Positions 60,800-64,000 of a stretch of DNA of 64,000 nucleotides are shown piece by piece. Both the position numbers and the translations under genes were made by a program. Source of the stretch: Anthoceros angustus (lineage: Eukaryota > Plantae > Anthocerotophyta). The stretch is taken from the NCBI GenBank assembly GCA_010909165.1, contig MU008155.1, forward strand, positions 1,736,001 through 1,800,000, read 5' to 3'. Under the pieces are notes generated by a model, which had not been told where the DNA came from, did not search any database, and saw nothing but the letters and a program-made list of their open reading frames with translations. Numbering within the stretch: position 1 is the first letter of the stretch; every line of letters begins with the position of its first letter.

Positions 60800-62900
60800 T
60801 CATTGCGCCACCAATTTGGGATTGCCTACGGGTGAGTCAGCCGCGTTTAGTATCGCGGAGATTCTGGAGTCACATCAAGATTGGGTCGTCTTGTAGGTGG
60901 ATGTCGAGAACACTTTCAATACGGTCTCTAGGACGACAATCTTTACAGACCTCAAGGATGCTGGCGGGCACCTCGCAAGTCTTATTCCTTTTGTACGATC
61001 TTTCTATGGTTTCTCGTCTACCCTCTACTTTCAGCACGGACCATCTAAGGAAGGGGTTACTGTGCTGGACTTGGCGACTGGCATGAGGCAGGGGGATCCT
61101 TGGGGGGTGCTCTCTTTGCCGTTGCGCACTTCATGTCCCTGACCCTTACTGCCGGCGCGGTCGGGGATTGTCTCTTTTCCGTTCGTGGCGGACGACACTC
61201 ATATCTTAAGACCTGGGGGCAAGGTTAGGGAAGCTTTCGCACTCTTCTCCTTAGAGCTCTCCCACCTAGGTTTGAGGGTCAAGATTCTGAAGTGCAAGGT
61301 TTGGTCCCTGCCTGGCATTACTCCCTCTTTTCAATTTTCTGGGAGGGAGGGAGCGACATTATTCCTTCGTAAGGACTTCGCATCTTGGGGGTCCTCGTGG
61401 GACCTTCGGCCTCTACTCAAGGTTTTGTGGATGAGGCTTTGAAGGAGGACTTGGCCCACGTTGGCGACCTATCTCTACTAGGAGACCCTCAGGTGGCATT
61501 TAATATCCTTTCGTCCTGCTTCGCGCATCAGCCGGGTTATCTCACCAGGACGGTGGCTCCCTATTAAGCTTGCGGAATTTTGATCTACAGATTATGCAAA
61601 CACTTAGAGACATTATCGAGTCGGAGACCTTTAAGTGTGCCGCAGGGGGCTTTGCGCAGCGGGAGGCATCCCTTCCTATTGCTTTTGGGGGCACAGGTCT
61701 CTGGCCATGGAGGCCTCAGCGCCGGTGGCCTTCCTTGAGAGCTGGGCCCTCTTTGCTCCTATCTTCACTACTCGGTTCTTAATCCGAGATGTTCCTATCT
61801 TGGAAGCCTTCATCTCAGGCTTTAAGAAGGGGGCCTTCCCTTTGAAGGCTTCCCTTAAGTTGGCCAGGGACTCCCTTTCCTCCAAGGCTAGGGTGGCCGT
61901 GCCCTGCTTTTCCTCGTTTTCCGTAGAAGGGCTATGTGGCCTTCAAGCCTCTCTCTAGGAGAAGCAGTTCGGGCAGATGCAACAAGCAATCCTATAGACT
62001 TTACTATTCTCCGGCCTGTTCGTGCCCGCATCTGCTCTTGCTCAGGGAAGGGAACATGCTCCTGGCTTCTATCTCAGCCTTGCATCCAAGAGTTCCAAAT
62101 CGCACCGCTTTTTCTCGTGATGAGGTTACGGGTTTGGTCCCGCTTTGGCTTCTCTCTCAACTCAGCGTGGGGCCCCTCGACGACTCAGGGTCCCACCTGG
62201 CTCGCTATCCAATTGTAGGGCGACGTATCACTATGCATGACGTCGTTCGCAATGTCATGATCTGGATGGCCAAGGAGAGTGGTTATTTTCCATACAAAGA
62301 GCATCCATATATCCTACGCAATGAGGTGTCGCTGAGGGCGGATTTATTTCTGATCCGGGGGGACCAAATCTCTGTTGCGGATGTCGTCGTAACGGACCCT
62401 ACCCGAAACTCCATTTGTGAGCATGTCATTATCAACCCTCCAAGCTGGGCGGTGGGGGGATGCGCGATTGCCAAGGTACACAAGTACACACCTTTGCAGG
62501 ACAGCCACGCCTTCTTCCTCCTCGTCATTGAGACTCACGGGGCTATAGGCAAGGATTTTTTCCGACTCATTAAGGATTGTGCTCAAGCCTACCACAGTCG
62601 TCGGGACGTAGTGGGTCTCCCTCTTTCCTCGGTGGTGGCTTTCTTTCGACAGCGGGTATCCATCGCCCTGCAGAGGGCGCTAGCCAACGCTATAACAGGA
62701 CGGCAATGAGCGCAGGAGACGTGGCATCGTCGGCACCAGTTGTAGGTAGGCCTTTCCTCATTTCGGACCACAACATAATCGGAGTAATAGGTAGCTGCGG
62801 GGTTGGCATTCATGGGGGCTAGCCCCATGGCTCTTGGCCCTTTAGTGGGTTGCCCCCCCTGGGGTAGATGGGTTTTCCCATCTTTTCTTTTTAATAAAGC
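60800..62900 (+). mobile_element. CRE-like non-LTR retrotransposon, 5'-truncated, RT core plus REL endonuclease (copy E)
   Basis: QFGIA, DVENTFNTVSR, TGMRQGDP, VADDTHIL, LGLRVKILKC, LPIAFGGTGL, RRITMHDVVRN, LRADLF, VADVVVTDP, KVHKY, VIETHG; hairpin AGATGGG-TTTT-CCCATCT 62866-62883; AATAAA 62893-62898; frameshifts. Confidence 0.88.
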
Positions 62901-63479
62901 CTCCATTGAACCAAAGGTGTATGTGAGTCTGTGAAAGTTGTATTGTCACAATACATAGACATGTGATATAACAAGAGTGGGAATCATAGGTCCACTTTGG
63001 AGTTGAAACTACCATTGTGTTGGTTATGTTATGTAGTAATTTAAAATTTTTATCAAGATAAATGTTTGATAATTTGCATACTTCTGTATACTTATTAGAA
63101 GGAGATCTACCCATGCATCTAAATGGCATGCTAACAACTACAGGCTCCTTCCAAACATCCTCCATTTATGGATTTTGACCGAGACTCATCCATGTAGAGA
63201 AACTTTAAACCAAGTTGCTAGGAAGAGTTGGGAGGCATGAGACAATTAAATGACCTATGAGCATCCCATGGTGAATTTATTTCATCTTCATGTATTCAAG
63301 AAAGTATTTTGCATGAAATCACATAAAGACAAGTCTTCTAAAAGAAAATATTATTTTACTAGAAATTAATAAAAATAAATTACCTGTTTTAGACCTATTA
63401 TATATCTTAATATATTAGATTATATATAATATTTGGTAAATAATATATTATCGTAAAAATATCTAATATGAGCCTTAGA

Positions 63480-64000
63480 GTAACGGCACTGGTGAAACAA
63501 GGTAGAAAGGTGAAAAGTTGAAAAAGGTAAAAAGCTAAGTTAGTAGCTGCCTAAGAAGATGCATGTGTTGCATGCTTCATGCAATCTCTTGTTAGAGAGG
63601 AATTGCTACAGCCACAAATGAAGAGCTGCCTAGAGAGGACTCTTAGTGATTAGTGGTCCGTAAGAATCCCTAGATTTAACATGCCTAGTTAAGGTCAGAT
63701 GGATATATAAGGGCTAGAGCAAGGGCTTTGAGGAACAAGTTACAAGTGGGACTCACTCTTGAGAGAGCAGAGGCGCTGCAAGCCTTGTGTTGAGAGAGCT
63801 GTGGAGAGCTAGCTAGTGAGCTTGTCATGGAATCAAGGGCGAGCTTGAGATAGCCGATTCCATCGTTGTATTCTTGTAATAAAGAGCAAGACCTCGAGGA
63901 GGTGGCTGCGAGTCGTCGATGACGGCGGGCTACTTGGAGCCTAGTCCGTGTTGTGAGGTTGAGAGCGTTGAGAATCGTGCAAGTCTCTTGTGGAGTGAAT
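63480..64000. mobile_element. Probable LTR fragment running off the window edge
   Basis: TATATAAG box near 63706 followed by GA-rich tract and CTTGTAATAAAG; no coding domain or partner LTR visible. Confidence 0.3.

Overview
Eukaryotic genomic DNA, most consistent with a non-seed land plant (short GT-AG introns of about 60-300 nt, gene-dense; the exact lineage cannot be fixed from sequence alone). Layout: (i) 0.1-9.8 kb gene block: COQ5, an NSUN3/4-like m5C RNA methyltransferase, neurochondrin and a SAM-dependent methyltransferase. (ii) 10.2-37.7 kb transposon island: a 12.5-kb TIR DNA transposon with a clean 6-bp target-site duplication (looks like CACTA at one end but is better read as a KDZ-like element), apparently nested in an older inverted-repeat element; several CRE-clade (R2-group, REL-endonuclease) non-LTR retrotransposon copies; a decayed Ty3/gypsy integrase with a PHD finger; tandem arrays; an orphan spliced ORF; and a strongly bacterial-type stand-alone NADAR gene with a plausible spliceosomal intron and basic tail. 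(iii) 37.7-60 kb gene block: RUS5-like, GHR1-like LRR pseudokinase, WDR76, UAA-family and EamA-family transporters, a single-DUF26 secreted protein in an AT-rich island, an LRB/POB1-like BTB-BACK protein and PP1 inhibitor-2. (iv) 60.6-64 kb: a CRE-like copy bracketed by inverted copies of its own 3' end, then a probable LTR fragment. All family calls come from motif recognition by eye, not database searches; exon boundaries are inferred.
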